A DNA stretch of 64,000 nucleotides from a virus (IMGVR_UViG_641201006_000001:64001-128000); one strand, 5' to 3'. Shown: positions 29,897 through 40,831, numbered from the stretch's first letter. The notes: generated by a model from the letters alone, not told the origin. A program made the numbers and translations.

Positions 29897-31672
29897 ATGC
29901 CATCAGATGGACGTTACGTTCGTTTTGACCCAAAGCAAGATGATGCCAATCAAGTTATCTCTGCCGATCACGTTAACCTGTTGCAAGATACATCGGAACG
30001 TACTCAGCAGGGACTTTTTAAAGCACAAGACCGTGACTTCCTTGATAAAGCGTTATTCGTTTTAGAACATCATAGTTCAGTCAACGGTATGTGGCTCGAC
30101 ATGTTTGAGGATACGAACAAGATAGATTTACCTCGTACTAGTAACTTAGTATTCTCTCAAGTGGAGCAGGGCATTATCTTCCCTGACAATAAAGAAGTAT
30201 CAGAAGGCTATCTATACTCGAAGCCTTATGTGAATGAAAACCAAACCAACATGAAGAAGGTTATGGTGATTGCGAATGGATGGGTTCCGAACTTATCCAG
30301 CATTACAATCGAAGTGAGTAACAATAACGTAGATTGGTTCGAAGTTCCTTTATCTGAAAGTGAACTATTTGAGATTCCAACGAACGGTCACAAGCTGTAT
30401 CTCCGTGCAAGATTCTTGCGTGCGAATACGCAAGTGTCACCTCGACTAGATGCGTGGGCTATCTATTACTATGACTACCGCAATGATGTAATCGAGCTAG
30501 AGAATGGTGACGATATTATTATCGTTGACCCAACAGACCCGCCTGAGATTCCTGATGTCATTAAAATCATGCATCATCAGTTAATGGGTATTGGCCCTGA
30601 CGATCATCATCCGCAGGAACATAGTCATGATGGTTCAGATGGTTCCGGTACAATCTCGCATAACGTATTAACCGAAGTCGGCCCCGACGATCACCATCCG
30701 AAATCTCACTATCATGGTGAAGATGGTATCCCGTACGTTCGACTAGAATCAGATGTGGTTGGTACACTGCCGGTAGAGAATATGTCCTACCAAGTATGGA
30801 CAGGGAAGCCGGGCAAGACAGGATTGTACTTTGACCCGAAAATCGGTGACAAGTTAGTCTATGTCAAAACACCTGACGATGAAACGTATATGTTCTACGA
30901 CCTAGTGAATGACCGCTTATCACATACGATTACTATCGTACAAGGCGTAGCGAACTGGGAACAAATGATTTACGGAGAATACAATACGAGTACAGGTGAA
31001 ACAACAATCGTACTGCAAGGTACAAACAAGAAACACTTTGATGCAACGGACTCTGTTATCCGTCAAGAGATACAGAAGATTACAGCGCCGGAAGCACCAA
31101 AAGGTTTACGAGCAACAGACACAGGCACAGGTGGCACGGTAGACTTAACATGGTCACCAAACACAGAACTCGATGTAGTCGGATACAATGTATTCCGTTC
31201 ATACGACAAAGGTATCACTTGGATTCAAATGAACACGACTGGTGTCATTGCTTCTTCATCGTTCACCGTAACGAATGCAAAAGACGGTCAATCCGTTTTA
31301 TATTCTGTTACGGCATTAGATGAGATGGGCTTTGAATCACCACGCTCACAAGCAGTGGAGTGTACATCGACAACAAGAGATACAATTGCACCGAGCCAAG
31401 TTACAGGTGTTGCGATTAAGCCAAACTCAAAAGGTATTCTTGTTCTATCATGGACAGAGAATACAGACATGGACTTAAAGAACTACAAGGTGTACCGTTC
31501 TTATAGCGGAGCAGTTGGTACATTCGAAGTGTTGAACTCACCTGTTAAGGGTACAAGTTCTTACACACCAGCAGATTTAATTCCAAGCAATACATATTTC
31601 TTCTACGTAACAGCCGTAGATACAAGCGGAAACGAAAGCATCCCGTCTAACGTCGTTTCAGCAATCGCATAG
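29897..31672 (+). CDS. Fibre-like protein with His-rich repeats and two C-terminal FN3 domains
   Basis: GPDDHHPxxHxH x2. FN3 motifs (LTWSPNTE.D..GYNVFRS; VTAVDTSGNES.PS). Confidence 0.7.
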   Translation: MPSDGRYVRFDPKQDDANQVISADHVNLLQDTSERTQQGLFKAQDRDFLDKALFVLEHHSSVNGMWLDMFEDTNKIDLPRTSNLVFSQVEQGIIFPDNKEVSEGYLYSKPYVNENQTNMKKVMVIANGWVPNLSSITIEVSNNNVDWFEVPLSESELFEIPTNGHKLYLRARFLRANTQVSPRLDAWAIYYYDYRNDVIELENGDDIIIVDPTDPPEIPDVIKIMHHQLMGIGPDDHHPQEHSHDGSDGSGTISHNVLTEVGPDDHHPKSHYHGEDGIPYVRLESDVVGTLPVENMSYQVWTGKPGKTGLYFDPKIGDKLVYVKTPDDETYMFYDLVNDRLSHTITIVQGVANWEQMIYGEYNTSTGETTIVLQGTNKKHFDATDSVIRQEIQKITAPEAPKGLRATDTGTGGTVDLTWSPNTELDVVGYNVFRSYDKGITWIQMNTTGVIASSSFTVTNAKDGQSVLYSVTALDEMGFESPRSQAVECTSTTRDTIAPSQVTGVAIKPNSKGILVLSWTENTDMDLKNYKVYRSYSGAVGTFEVLNSPVKGTSSYTPADLIPSNTYFFYVTAVDTSGNESIPSNVVSAIA

Positions 31673-31685
31673 GTGGTGAGAGAGT

Positions 31686-33767
31686 ATGGTGCAAATTAAA
31701 CAGAATGCTGATGGTAGTTTCTCCAAAGGGTATAGTAACTTTGAGACAACGATCATCAAGAGCCTTCAAAAAGAAATTACGCAACGACAAGAAGCTGACC
31801 TTTCCCTTCAAGGAATTACGAATGGTTTGAATGAACGCCTGAAAGAACTTGAAGCAGGAAGCTTTAGTTTAGCTGACCTGCAACAACTTATCACGCAGAA
31901 CAAACTTACCATCGAAGACCATGAAAGACGTATGGTGAAGCTAGAGAACATCTCTCTTATCGAGTCTTATAGTAAGAGCGAGATGAAGAAGTACATGGTT
32001 CCGTGGCGAGTAGAAGTCATTCCGCACGCCTTTGACATTCCAACAAACAAAATGTTTGATACAGCTTCACTGGATGTAAAGCGTAGCGGGATTATACATT
32101 ATCCGAACGGTGACATCAATGAACCAAACGATATGCACGTTCCGGAAAACTCTATGATGCGTTTTACCATTTGGGCATATGCATCATCACCACGTAAAGC
32201 TGTACTGAACATTAACTACGCTGACCGTTGCGTTGTCATTGCTGATGAAGTAGTAGTCGCTACGTTCACAGATAGAGGCGGTAACTTCGGTCAAGTACCA
32301 AAAGGTGTGCAAGTTCCAATGAAGCAAGGATGGACTCGTATCCAGCTTCTTATTGCGAACGAAACACAGTCCGGTGGGTTAGTGGTGAAATCAGACCTGT
32401 ATGATAAGGCGGATTACTTAACGAGCCTTGATTACTTCGACGGTATGATTACGAACAAACATATCAAGCCGGGTTCGATTACAGGAGAGAACTTATCACC
32501 GAACATGGATTTAGTTGTACATACGATTCATGCAACGGCGACAGATGTTCCGGGTGTTATCATTGGTAACCCTGAGGAACAAGGTATCCTGCAAATCGCT
32601 GATGGTACAATCTCAAAATCCAAAGACGAGCCGTTTATCTTTAGTCATGGTATCCGTGTAAACGGAGCGATCCACGTTACGCAGTTACTTATTGACGAAG
32701 ACTTTATCCGTGCCGGCGATGGTATGATTGTCAAAACACTAAAGGATGAATACGGATATACAAAGATGTATGAAATCATCAATGACCTTCGTATGCATAC
32801 TGGTGGTGGTGTATCAGTCGATGGTAACGGGCAAGACGGTTACATCGTAACAAATACGATGAAGCTGAACGTTGACCCTGAGGGTGGTCTTGCAATCAGT
32901 GGTAATGCAGTAGATGGTTACTGGTTATCAAATGATATGCAGCTACATTCTGACGGCGGTATTTGGGTAGAAGGAAATGCCCGCAAAGGATACCGCATTA
33001 AGAATAACATGGGGTTACGTTCTAACGTAGACTTCCTTCGTATTTTCGGAACAGCGTGGGAAGGATATAGCATTTCACTGGATGAGGATGCATTCTACAA
33101 TCGTATCAAAGAAATCATCAAGAAAGAATCGCACGTAAAGGATATCATTTCTGACATTGACTTTATTAAGATTACTGACAATGGTGACGGTGTACATCGA
33201 CTTGCAATCCCTGATTACAATAAGATGATTCCGTGGATTCAGAAAGGACAGTCCGGAATGCTACATGCATCTCCAATGCCGAACTCTATCGGGCCGGGTA
33301 TGAGATTCAATGCAGGTAACCCAATGTTCGCACAGTCTCAAGATACGAACTACTCTGTACTTGGTTTTTGGGGCGGTGAAGTTCCAGCAAACACGGCTGA
33401 TGTCATCTGCATTAGTTCACAAGGTGGTTGGACAAATTCATGGTCAGCAGTAGACTTGAAGTTCGTTATCTCGATTGAAGACCCCGGCGTATCTGGTGGC
33501 GTATGGCGTAAAGAGTTCTATCGCACCATTACGAATCAGTTAGACGGCGGAGATTCACAATGGAACAATAACGAAATGATTCATGTCATTCCGATTCCAG
33601 TTCGCGACTATTGGAGACACTGGGACTGCACATTCTATATGCGTAAGTCTAGCGGAAGCGGTTGGGTAAATGCTCGTAGCCGTGAAGCATGGACGGATCA
33701 CTCTACTCATGCTGGTAGCGTGCATACAGCAGCAATGCGTACGCAAGAAAGCTATGGAGGTCGATAA
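31686..33767 (+). CDS. Tail fibre protein (coiled coil, beta-spiral-like repeats, variable C-terminal head)
   Basis: N-terminal heptads and ~23-25 aa GG(I/L/V)xxxGN..xGY.(I/L)xN repeats. Confidence 0.65.
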   Translation: MVQIKQNADGSFSKGYSNFETTIIKSLQKEITQRQEADLSLQGITNGLNERLKELEAGSFSLADLQQLITQNKLTIEDHERRMVKLENISLIESYSKSEMKKYMVPWRVEVIPHAFDIPTNKMFDTASLDVKRSGIIHYPNGDINEPNDMHVPENSMMRFTIWAYASSPRKAVLNINYADRCVVIADEVVVATFTDRGGNFGQVPKGVQVPMKQGWTRIQLLIANETQSGGLVVKSDLYDKADYLTSLDYFDGMITNKHIKPGSITGENLSPNMDLVVHTIHATATDVPGVIIGNPEEQGILQIADGTISKSKDEPFIFSHGIRVNGAIHVTQLLIDEDFIRAGDGMIVKTLKDEYGYTKMYEIINDLRMHTGGGVSVDGNGQDGYIVTNTMKLNVDPEGGLAISGNAVDGYWLSNDMQLHSDGGIWVEGNARKGYRIKNNMGLRSNVDFLRIFGTAWEGYSISLDEDAFYNRIKEIIKKESHVKDIISDIDFIKITDNGDGVHRLAIPDYNKMIPWIQKGQSGMLHASPMPNSIGPGMRFNAGNPMFAQSQDTNYSVLGFWGGEVPANTADVICISSQGGWTNSWSAVDLKFVISIEDPGVSGGVWRKEFYRTITNQLDGGDSQWNNNEMIHVIPIPVRDYWRHWDCTFYMRKSSGSGWVNARSREAWTDHSTHAGSVHTAAMRTQESYGGR

Positions 33768-33768
33768 T

Positions 33769-34251
33769 ATGGAGAAGGAATTTATAGACGTAGGCGTGCT
33801 TACCTTAAAGGGTAAGCGCCTCTGCGGTTTTACAACCAAGATGGTAGAAAAGAAAGAAAAGCGTTACTTATTAGATACGCATGATGGCATGTTTACTCAT
33901 ACACACGTTGACATGAATATTATTAATCTATTAAGTCAGCGCATGAATATGTACTGTTACTATGAAGATGGAAAGATCAAGAACCAAACGAAATTGTATG
34001 GCTCTATCGACAAGAAAGAAGTTGTCGCAGAAGGTGATGACTACCTGACTTACACACTGGAAACAGATGAACAGACAGATGTGTTCATTACGTTCGTTGT
34101 TGGCAACAAAGCACAAACATCTCATGCTACCTACCATCCAGTGGACGGCGTAGTCACAGTTGAGATTGACCCTAAAGCCATTGGGGAGATTCGCATTTGC
34201 ACCATCTCGGATACAGCATATTCGGAGGATGTTACAGCAAAAGTGATATAG
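33769..34251 (+). CDS. Putative fibre assembly/accessory protein
   Basis: GGAGG RBS supports ATG at 33769. Directly follows the fibre gene. Confidence 0.5.
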   Translation: MEKEFIDVGVLTLKGKRLCGFTTKMVEKKEKRYLLDTHDGMFTHTHVDMNIINLLSQRMNMYCYYEDGKIKNQTKLYGSIDKKEVVAEGDDYLTYTLETDEQTDVFITFVVGNKAQTSHATYHPVDGVVTVEIDPKAIGEIRICTISDTAYSEDVTAKVI

Positions 34252-34261
34252 GAGTGATACG

Positions 34262-34423
34262 ATGAAATTCACAGAGAAGAATGGACGTATCGTAATTGAG
34301 CCGGAAACTATCGACGCAGAATCTATTGAGTTAGAAGAACTTCGTCGTGACAAGGATGCTCAAAAAGAAACAGAACGTAAACTTGCTATTGTATTAGATA
34401 AGTTAGGACTTACAGATGTGTAG
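34262..34423 (+). CDS. Small hypothetical protein (53 aa; missed by ORF track)
   Basis: GGAGTG RBS. MKFTEKNGRIVIEPETIDAESIELEELRRDKDAQKETERKLAIVLDKLGLTDV* fills the intergenic gap. Confidence 0.7.
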   Translation: MKFTEKNGRIVIEPETIDAESIELEELRRDKDAQKETERKLAIVLDKLGLTDV

Positions 34424-34428
34424 GAGAC

Positions 34429-34437
34429 TGTTATAAT
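34429..34437 (+). promoter_or_regulatory. Extended -10 element TGTTATAAT
   Basis: Intergenic, ~20 nt before the RBS/ATG of 34458. Confidence 0.5.
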
Positions 34438-34457
34438 GACAGTAGTGAGGTGACGAG

Positions 34458-36725
34458 ATGAATAATATAAAACAATCTACGGCGAGTATGGATGACACTC
34501 GCCGTAATATGATATACAAACTCTTAGAAGAACGGTACAAATACAAGGAAGTACCGAAGTATTACATTGAGCAGGAAGTAGACTTCTTCTTAGAACAGCT
34601 CAAGGACGGTAAAGCAATTTTAACAACACGACCACAATCAGAACTGACAAACGCCGAAGACATTAATCTTGAAATGTTGGAGTCGGAGATTGATATACAT
34701 ACAATCTATGCGCAGTTAGAACATGTTGAGAGTCAAATGAATCAACACCAAACATTAAACAGTTCTATCATTAATGATATACAGGCTCGTGTTTATAAAG
34801 CAGATGAACGCATGGCTGAAATCTCATGGCAATTGCGTGAAGATGCGGTACACGTTGCTTACTATGATACGTTCCTTGATATGGGTAACATGGAGAAGGA
34901 CGGTAAGTTTTATACAGACCGTGATGGTGTGCAGGTTGCACCGGGTTGGTATTCTACACTAGACACGAACCATAATGCAATTAAGCTACCAATGATCTAC
35001 ACGGAGAATCAGCTTATGAGTTTTTCCGGTGTGAAGTTAGCAGAAGTGAAAATCAATAAGCAACTTGGCGGAGGATTCATTCGTAGACGTAACCCGGAAC
35101 ACACGCCTGATAAAATGATTGACGACAGTATGAATACCTATTGGAGTGAATCGGTGTACATGGATGAACCGTTCAGAGTCAATATGGGCATTGACAATTA
35201 TGACATCAATTTCGGAGCGATGTGTGAATTAGAAATCGTATTCGATTATGTATCCAATGTAAATGAGATTACCTTCACGCCGTTCACTGAGTTCCCGATG
35301 CAAGTCGTGGCAATACTGGCTTACACAACAGATAATCCTGATGAGGAGCCGTATGAACTAATCAGTCCAACGAACGTGAAGAAGGGAAAAGAAAGTGCAG
35401 ATGTGATGAGCTTCCAGTTCCAAAACATCGTAGCCAAACGAATGAAAATTATCCTGAACCAACAGCACTATACAAAACGTGATGTACTGATTGATGTGGA
35501 TGATAAGACGTTAGTCGATGCGTGGCTAGATGTACAAGAGAAGCCGAAGATTGCACCTGACACAATCTTTAAACCTGTTTACCATGACCAGCTAGAGATG
35601 AACCCGCAGTGGGAATACATGAAGCGTTACTTGTCACACAAAGATATTGCAGAGGAGATTCAGAAATATGAAGATGCTGATGCAAAGAATAAGATGCAAG
35701 TTTCGAAGTATGAATACCAGTACGGATTATACAATGTGGCAATTCGTAAAAACAATTATTATCATACCGGTATTAACGTCACAAAACCTTTGGCTCATGC
35801 AAACGTTAGATACGTATCGCTCGAAGCAAAAGAAGAACACCCAATCCTAGAAGAGATTGAGATTCCTGTTACGGGTGTTGAATACTATATCACCGATACA
35901 GAGAATCCAACGAAGGACGACTGGATTCCTATCTTGCCGAAGAATATCAGACGCATAGGATCAGAGCGACTTATCGTTGAGTTCAAGAAAGAGAAGTACC
36001 AAGCGATGACGTTGTTCCCGTCTAAACATACGTATGCAGTACGTAAGAACGGCGGAGACTTATTACCGATTACAGATTACACGGTAAGTGGTCGTAACGT
36101 TGTGATTAAAGAGTATGACCCAACGGCAATGTACACAATTGATTACGAGCCGGATGCGTCTGCTTATGAAGTAGACTTCCTAAAACGATATACGAAAACA
36201 GAACTGATTCCATCTGAGAAGAAAATCATTTCGTACATCGACCCTCGTAAGAACATTGAGACATTCAAAGAGTTCGAGAATGGTAATGTCGTAACATTAA
36301 AGTATCATCCATTCATCGACAAGGATAAACTGAACGTTCAGCCGATAGATTGGAATCCAAGTATGTTGTCTAGTAAGTACCTACCGGTTGTCGTACGTGT
36401 TACACTGCCGAATGGTAAACTTGTTCAGCAACGTACAGACAAGTGGGATAAGACAGACATCTACCTTGTGAACCGCACAGACTACTTTGATACAAACAAG
36501 AGTCTGCTGGAACCATTCACAGGCAAGAACTATCAGTACCGTGTAGAAGATAACAAGATTAAATTTAATACAGTCCTACCAAAAGGAACAAAGGTTACAG
36601 TAGAGTATCCGTATTTAACTGGCCCTATTCGTTTGAAGACGATTCTAAGACGTAACCTTCCTGATGCAGAAGGATTAACACCGTTCTTGCATGAGTATAA
36701 AATCGGACTACAAACATTACGATAG
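34458..36725 (+). CDS. Virion structural protein (helical N-terminus + beta-sandwiches), paralogue family
   Basis: Shared architecture with the next genes (D....T.W domain; YEYxYG/F motif; TP.L..Y C-terminus). Confidence 0.55.
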   Translation: MNNIKQSTASMDDTRRNMIYKLLEERYKYKEVPKYYIEQEVDFFLEQLKDGKAILTTRPQSELTNAEDINLEMLESEIDIHTIYAQLEHVESQMNQHQTLNSSIINDIQARVYKADERMAEISWQLREDAVHVAYYDTFLDMGNMEKDGKFYTDRDGVQVAPGWYSTLDTNHNAIKLPMIYTENQLMSFSGVKLAEVKINKQLGGGFIRRRNPEHTPDKMIDDSMNTYWSESVYMDEPFRVNMGIDNYDINFGAMCELEIVFDYVSNVNEITFTPFTEFPMQVVAILAYTTDNPDEEPYELISPTNVKKGKESADVMSFQFQNIVAKRMKIILNQQHYTKRDVLIDVDDKTLVDAWLDVQEKPKIAPDTIFKPVYHDQLEMNPQWEYMKRYLSHKDIAEEIQKYEDADAKNKMQVSKYEYQYGLYNVAIRKNNYYHTGINVTKPLAHANVRYVSLEAKEEHPILEEIEIPVTGVEYYITDTENPTKDDWIPILPKNIRRIGSERLIVEFKKEKYQAMTLFPSKHTYAVRKNGGDLLPITDYTVSGRNVVIKEYDPTAMYTIDYEPDASAYEVDFLKRYTKTELIPSEKKIISYIDPRKNIETFKEFENGNVVTLKYHPFIDKDKLNVQPIDWNPSMLSSKYLPVVVRVTLPNGKLVQQRTDKWDKTDIYLVNRTDYFDTNKSLLEPFTGKNYQYRVEDNKIKFNTVLPKGTKVTVEYPYLTGPIRLKTILRRNLPDAEGLTPFLHEYKIGLQTLR

Positions 36726-36735
36726 GAGGCACAGC

Positions 36736-38511
36736 ATGAATACTGATTTATTAATTAAGAAACGTATGGAACTGACGAAAGATCGTATGCTGCAAATCCT
36801 AAAGGACTTACGTAACCAGTATCAGCGGGGGCAAATTCAGTCACCCGCTGAACTACAGCATAAGGTATATCGTGAGTTGCAAAAGTTCTATGACACGATT
36901 GGAAAGTCCACTCTTGAAATTATCGAAGCATGGGGGCCTCCGTATAGTGAAGACCACAATGCCATGATGGAACAGATACTTAATGACTTCGTTATGTTGT
37001 ACGGCGAGATTACGATGTTAACGGACGATGTAAAAGCTGGCTTTGACCAAACAGAGGTAGAGCGCAAAAGCTTTGAGAAGCAAATGCAGGAGATTGAATC
37101 GAACATTAATAACCTGATGCCCGCAGCGAAAGACGTATCCGACATCATGGTATTCCGTGAGGACTTTACCACAACGGATAAGTTCGACAAGGATGCAGTA
37201 GATGGAACGGTTGCGACGATTATGACAGACGGTGGTATTTTAACACTCGGTCATATGATGGCAGAACACTTTAATGAGTATGCCTACATTCGACTGAAAA
37301 GCGGTAACGGATTCCCCGGTAACAGTCGCATCATTCGTTCTACAGGGCAAGGGTTAAAGTATGACGGTGAAGGCAACCTGCATTTAACACTGTCTCATGT
37401 TCTCGACCAAAATGCTGATACATGGTTTGAATACGAGAACTTCCAATTAACAAGGCAAGCCGATGACAAAACAAAGCGTATGAACTTTACATACAAAGAA
37501 GGAATGAAGTGGGCGCAGGATGAGTACATCAAAATGGATCCGCTTGAACTTGTAGTAGAAATCTCATTCCCGAAAGAGCGTAAGCTAAACTGGTTTACGA
37601 TAGACCCGTACATTCCGCCGGAGCGTGGGTCAGTTGGAGCAAAGATAAGTAAGATAGTAGTGGATGATGGTAAGGGTCACATACAGGCAATTACATATGA
37701 AGAAATGATGGAGAAGAAGAAGGGGTATCTATTTGAAACGCAGAATGTGTCCACCATTACCATGTATCTTCGTCAAGACACGCATTATATGACGAACATA
37801 GGTCACGTATTCTATCTTGACTCCAACAAAGATATATTGAAAGCACTAGAGGATTTATCAGAATGGGCTGGCGCTCGTGTATATGGAAAGGAAGTACCGT
37901 CGGTCACGAACCTCGGCGTAAGATTCCATAGTAATACAAATACAATTGAGTATCCGGGCTTGAAGTACGGAGAAGAGATTCCAAACGATGCAGAGCGCAA
38001 ACGTGCGTTATACACAATTCCGAAAGTAGATAGTACAATGCTTGTCGGATTAGAATCGGTAACAGCGAAGCGATGGATGATTGGACTTCGTGATGCATCT
38101 ATGTCTTGCTATCAGTTCGCTGACGTAAGCCAATACATATCCAAGCCGTTCTACTCGGATGCACCGATTGAAGAGTTACAGCTTGATGCTAACTACAGTT
38201 TCCCTACATCGTTTGCGGAAGGGGATTACGTAGAGTTTCATATTAGTATCGACGACGGTCAGAACTGGCATCGCATTCATCGTAAGAATGAACACATCAA
38301 AGATACGAAGATTAAATATCTCATTAACTCTGATGTGCCGGAGGAAGCACGACTACCTGACGTTGGCTATTTAGAAAGCCTTCATGAAGTCCATGAAGTA
38401 CGAGTGAAGATAAAACTCACACGCCCGAATACGAAGTATGATTACAACTTCTATTCACCGATGGTATTTGATTATGAGTTGTATGCGAAAGTAACAGAGG
38501 GGGCGATCTAA
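36736..38511 (+). CDS. Virion structural protein, paralogue family
   Basis: AGGAGG RBS before ATG 36736. LDQNADTWFE, SIDDGQNW Asp-box, SPMVFDYEL end. Confidence 0.55.
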   Translation: MNTDLLIKKRMELTKDRMLQILKDLRNQYQRGQIQSPAELQHKVYRELQKFYDTIGKSTLEIIEAWGPPYSEDHNAMMEQILNDFVMLYGEITMLTDDVKAGFDQTEVERKSFEKQMQEIESNINNLMPAAKDVSDIMVFREDFTTTDKFDKDAVDGTVATIMTDGGILTLGHMMAEHFNEYAYIRLKSGNGFPGNSRIIRSTGQGLKYDGEGNLHLTLSHVLDQNADTWFEYENFQLTRQADDKTKRMNFTYKEGMKWAQDEYIKMDPLELVVEISFPKERKLNWFTIDPYIPPERGSVGAKISKIVVDDGKGHIQAITYEEMMEKKKGYLFETQNVSTITMYLRQDTHYMTNIGHVFYLDSNKDILKALEDLSEWAGARVYGKEVPSVTNLGVRFHSNTNTIEYPGLKYGEEIPNDAERKRALYTIPKVDSTMLVGLESVTAKRWMIGLRDASMSCYQFADVSQYISKPFYSDAPIEELQLDANYSFPTSFAEGDYVEFHISIDDGQNWHRIHRKNEHIKDTKIKYLINSDVPEEARLPDVGYLESLHEVHEVRVKIKLTRPNTKYDYNFYSPMVFDYELYAKVTEGAI

Positions 38512-40571
38512 TGATACGAGATACACAACGAGCATTAGTTCAAAAGGAAGTATTACAATCCAAGTTGCGTGAAGGCATTAGCCCTAGCGCTCTTGTGATT
38601 GACCAATTGGTACAGGAAGCATTCCGTGTAAAGCCTGAGGGCGTACCACGTTTTACTTACCGTGAAATGCCAAAGGGTCAAGTATCTTCCGTTGAAGATT
38701 ACAATACTCTATTTAAAGAATTGGGATTCGATTTAGAGGTAGCCTTTGAAGAGAATCGTTATTTAAACAATCGTCTGATGGCGGTTACGTCGTACTACGA
38801 AACAGAACGTAGACGTATTAATAAAGAGTTAGCACGTATTACAGAAAAGACGAAGTGGGTACAGATGAAGCAAGAAGCTGCTACGAATACAGAAGTAGTT
38901 GGCGATACGTTGCAGAACTTCCTGCACATCGACTTTCACGGGGACGAGAAGCGTAACATCCCGCAGACAAATGCATTCGTTGATTTAGTCAACAGCAATG
39001 TACAGATGATGCGAGTAGCGAAACAGACGATCAAGCACGACTTAACAAAGGCGAAGCTAAACTTCTACGCTGAAAGTCCGGAGTTCCCTATCATTCATTT
39101 AACACCAGTCGAAAGTGCCATGCAGGATACCATCTATGATTCATGGAGAGCTATCGTGATAAATAAACTGGCTACCAATCTCAATTCATTCCTTGATGCA
39201 GAACTGCCTGAACCAGTGCCGGCAACGAATGTTTCGATTGATACGCAAGTCGGGAATCCCGTATTCGTTACACTCTTCTTATCAAAGGACGGGAAAGTAT
39301 TCTTACCACTGGAACGTAGAAAAATTATTAACACGTATCAGTGGAACTTTGAACGACAAGAGGTAAAGGCAATACGATTCCAATTCGAGAAGAAGGAAGA
39401 AGATAGAGCGAACGGCAGTGACTATGAATACTTATTCGGAGCGAAGAACATTACACTCATGGAAGAGAAGTACATGGATAAGTCCTATTTTGTATCACAA
39501 CCATTTGACCTACCTGACCATGAAGACATTGAAAAGGTATCACTAGAAATTGATGACCTAACACCAGCAGGTACAAACATTCGCTACTATGTGGGACGAG
39601 ATTACGAGGATAACGTAATTGAATGGGAAGAGTTGCGTAAGGATAGACCGATTGTCAGTGACCAAATCAAGAGTCGTCGTATTGATATTAATAAGTACAC
39701 GCCGGGATACGGTAAGCTGATTAATGAAACGTTCGGTCAGAACTTCCATGCGATTGCAACACTACCGCACCGACCACTCAAGAAAAGCATGAAGCTGATG
39801 ATTGGTCGTAACATGTGGCTACGTGAAACGATACCTGCACCTTTTACACACGATGCCAATGATGATACAAACAAGACTGTTTATCAAACATCGGTAAAGG
39901 ACTGGGTGAGGATCGGCACGCCGAAGAAAGAATATGTACGTGTAAACAACAGAGTAGACTACTTGCAGAAGGATACCTTCCAGCGTTACACGACATTCAT
40001 CTACATGGATGACCCGCAGAACTATCGTGCGATTATCAGTACAGGAGAGAACTCCTCACACATTGCTTTATTAAACGGAGCAGAACTGAAACTTGTGGGA
40101 GACAATTACAACCTATCCTTACAAAAGGGATGGAACAAACTACAGGTGTATGCATATGCACAAGACATTGGAGAAGAGATTGTTTTAGACTTCTTTACAC
40201 CGCAAATGTCATCACGTATCTATGCTGATAAAAACCCTCTTCAACAGGTGTCAATGTATGATATGCTAAATAATACGAACAGTCGTCTGAATGGACGATT
40301 CGCCGTAGATGAGAACAACAACGTCGTCGTGAACTATCACCCTCGTATTGCAGATGTCGCACACGGTTTAACAAAACCAATGGGGCAAACACTAGAGGAA
40401 GCACAAAACGGCGTACAGCTTGCAGAGGGCGTGGAATACACGCTTCAATATAAGTATTCTCTACGTAAAGAACGACACCATAAGCTACGCTTTATGGGTA
40501 TCTTAACGAAAGAGAAAGAACGTATTGAAACAACTCCTAGCTTCAAAGGTTACAAGTTGATTGTGGAATAG
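38511..40571 (+). CDS. Virion structural protein, paralogue family
   Basis: TAATG coupling. YEYLFG, YFVSQPF, TPSFKGYKL motifs shared with neighbours. Confidence 0.55.
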   Translation: MIRDTQRALVQKEVLQSKLREGISPSALVIDQLVQEAFRVKPEGVPRFTYREMPKGQVSSVEDYNTLFKELGFDLEVAFEENRYLNNRLMAVTSYYETERRRINKELARITEKTKWVQMKQEAATNTEVVGDTLQNFLHIDFHGDEKRNIPQTNAFVDLVNSNVQMMRVAKQTIKHDLTKAKLNFYAESPEFPIIHLTPVESAMQDTIYDSWRAIVINKLATNLNSFLDAELPEPVPATNVSIDTQVGNPVFVTLFLSKDGKVFLPLERRKIINTYQWNFERQEVKAIRFQFEKKEEDRANGSDYEYLFGAKNITLMEEKYMDKSYFVSQPFDLPDHEDIEKVSLEIDDLTPAGTNIRYYVGRDYEDNVIEWEELRKDRPIVSDQIKSRRIDINKYTPGYGKLINETFGQNFHAIATLPHRPLKKSMKLMIGRNMWLRETIPAPFTHDANDDTNKTVYQTSVKDWVRIGTPKKEYVRVNNRVDYLQKDTFQRYTTFIYMDDPQNYRAIISTGENSSHIALLNGAELKLVGDNYNLSLQKGWNKLQVYAYAQDIGEEIVLDFFTPQMSSRIYADKNPLQQVSMYDMLNNTNSRLNGRFAVDENNNVVVNYHPRIADVAHGLTKPMGQTLEEAQNGVQLAEGVEYTLQYKYSLRKERHHKLRFMGILTKEKERIETTPSFKGYKLIVE

Positions 40572-40582
40572 GAGGATGGAAT

Positions 40583-40831
40583 GTGAAGTATCCTGAGATT
40601 GTAAAAACCAATGCTCGTTACCGTGGCCCACGAGAAAGTCGTAAGCAAAGTAATTCCAAACGTGACATAGAAGCATCTCTCTCGGTGCTTAGAAAAGAAC
40701 TAAGCGTGAGAAGAAAAGTTGGAGAGGAACTACGTAAAGACATGTTTACATTGTATAATGAAACTATACCCCGTCAGCGTACCGAAGTAATTAACGGGGT
40801 ACTCTCTGTGAAAGGAGGTGAGTTACAATGA
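40583..40831 (+). CDS. Small basic hypothetical protein
   Basis: AGGAGG RBS + GTG. RYRGPRES motif echoes RFRSKAES of the next gene. Confidence 0.55.
   Translation: MKYPEIVKTNARYRGPRESRKQSNSKRDIEASLSVLRKELSVRRKVGEELRKDMFTLYNETIPRQRTEVINGVLSVKGGELQ

Noticed and set aside
6147-33767. Diversity-generating retroelement acting on fibre genes
   Set aside because: No reverse transcriptase in the window and no near-identical template/variable repeat pair noticed by eye (no alignment was run).
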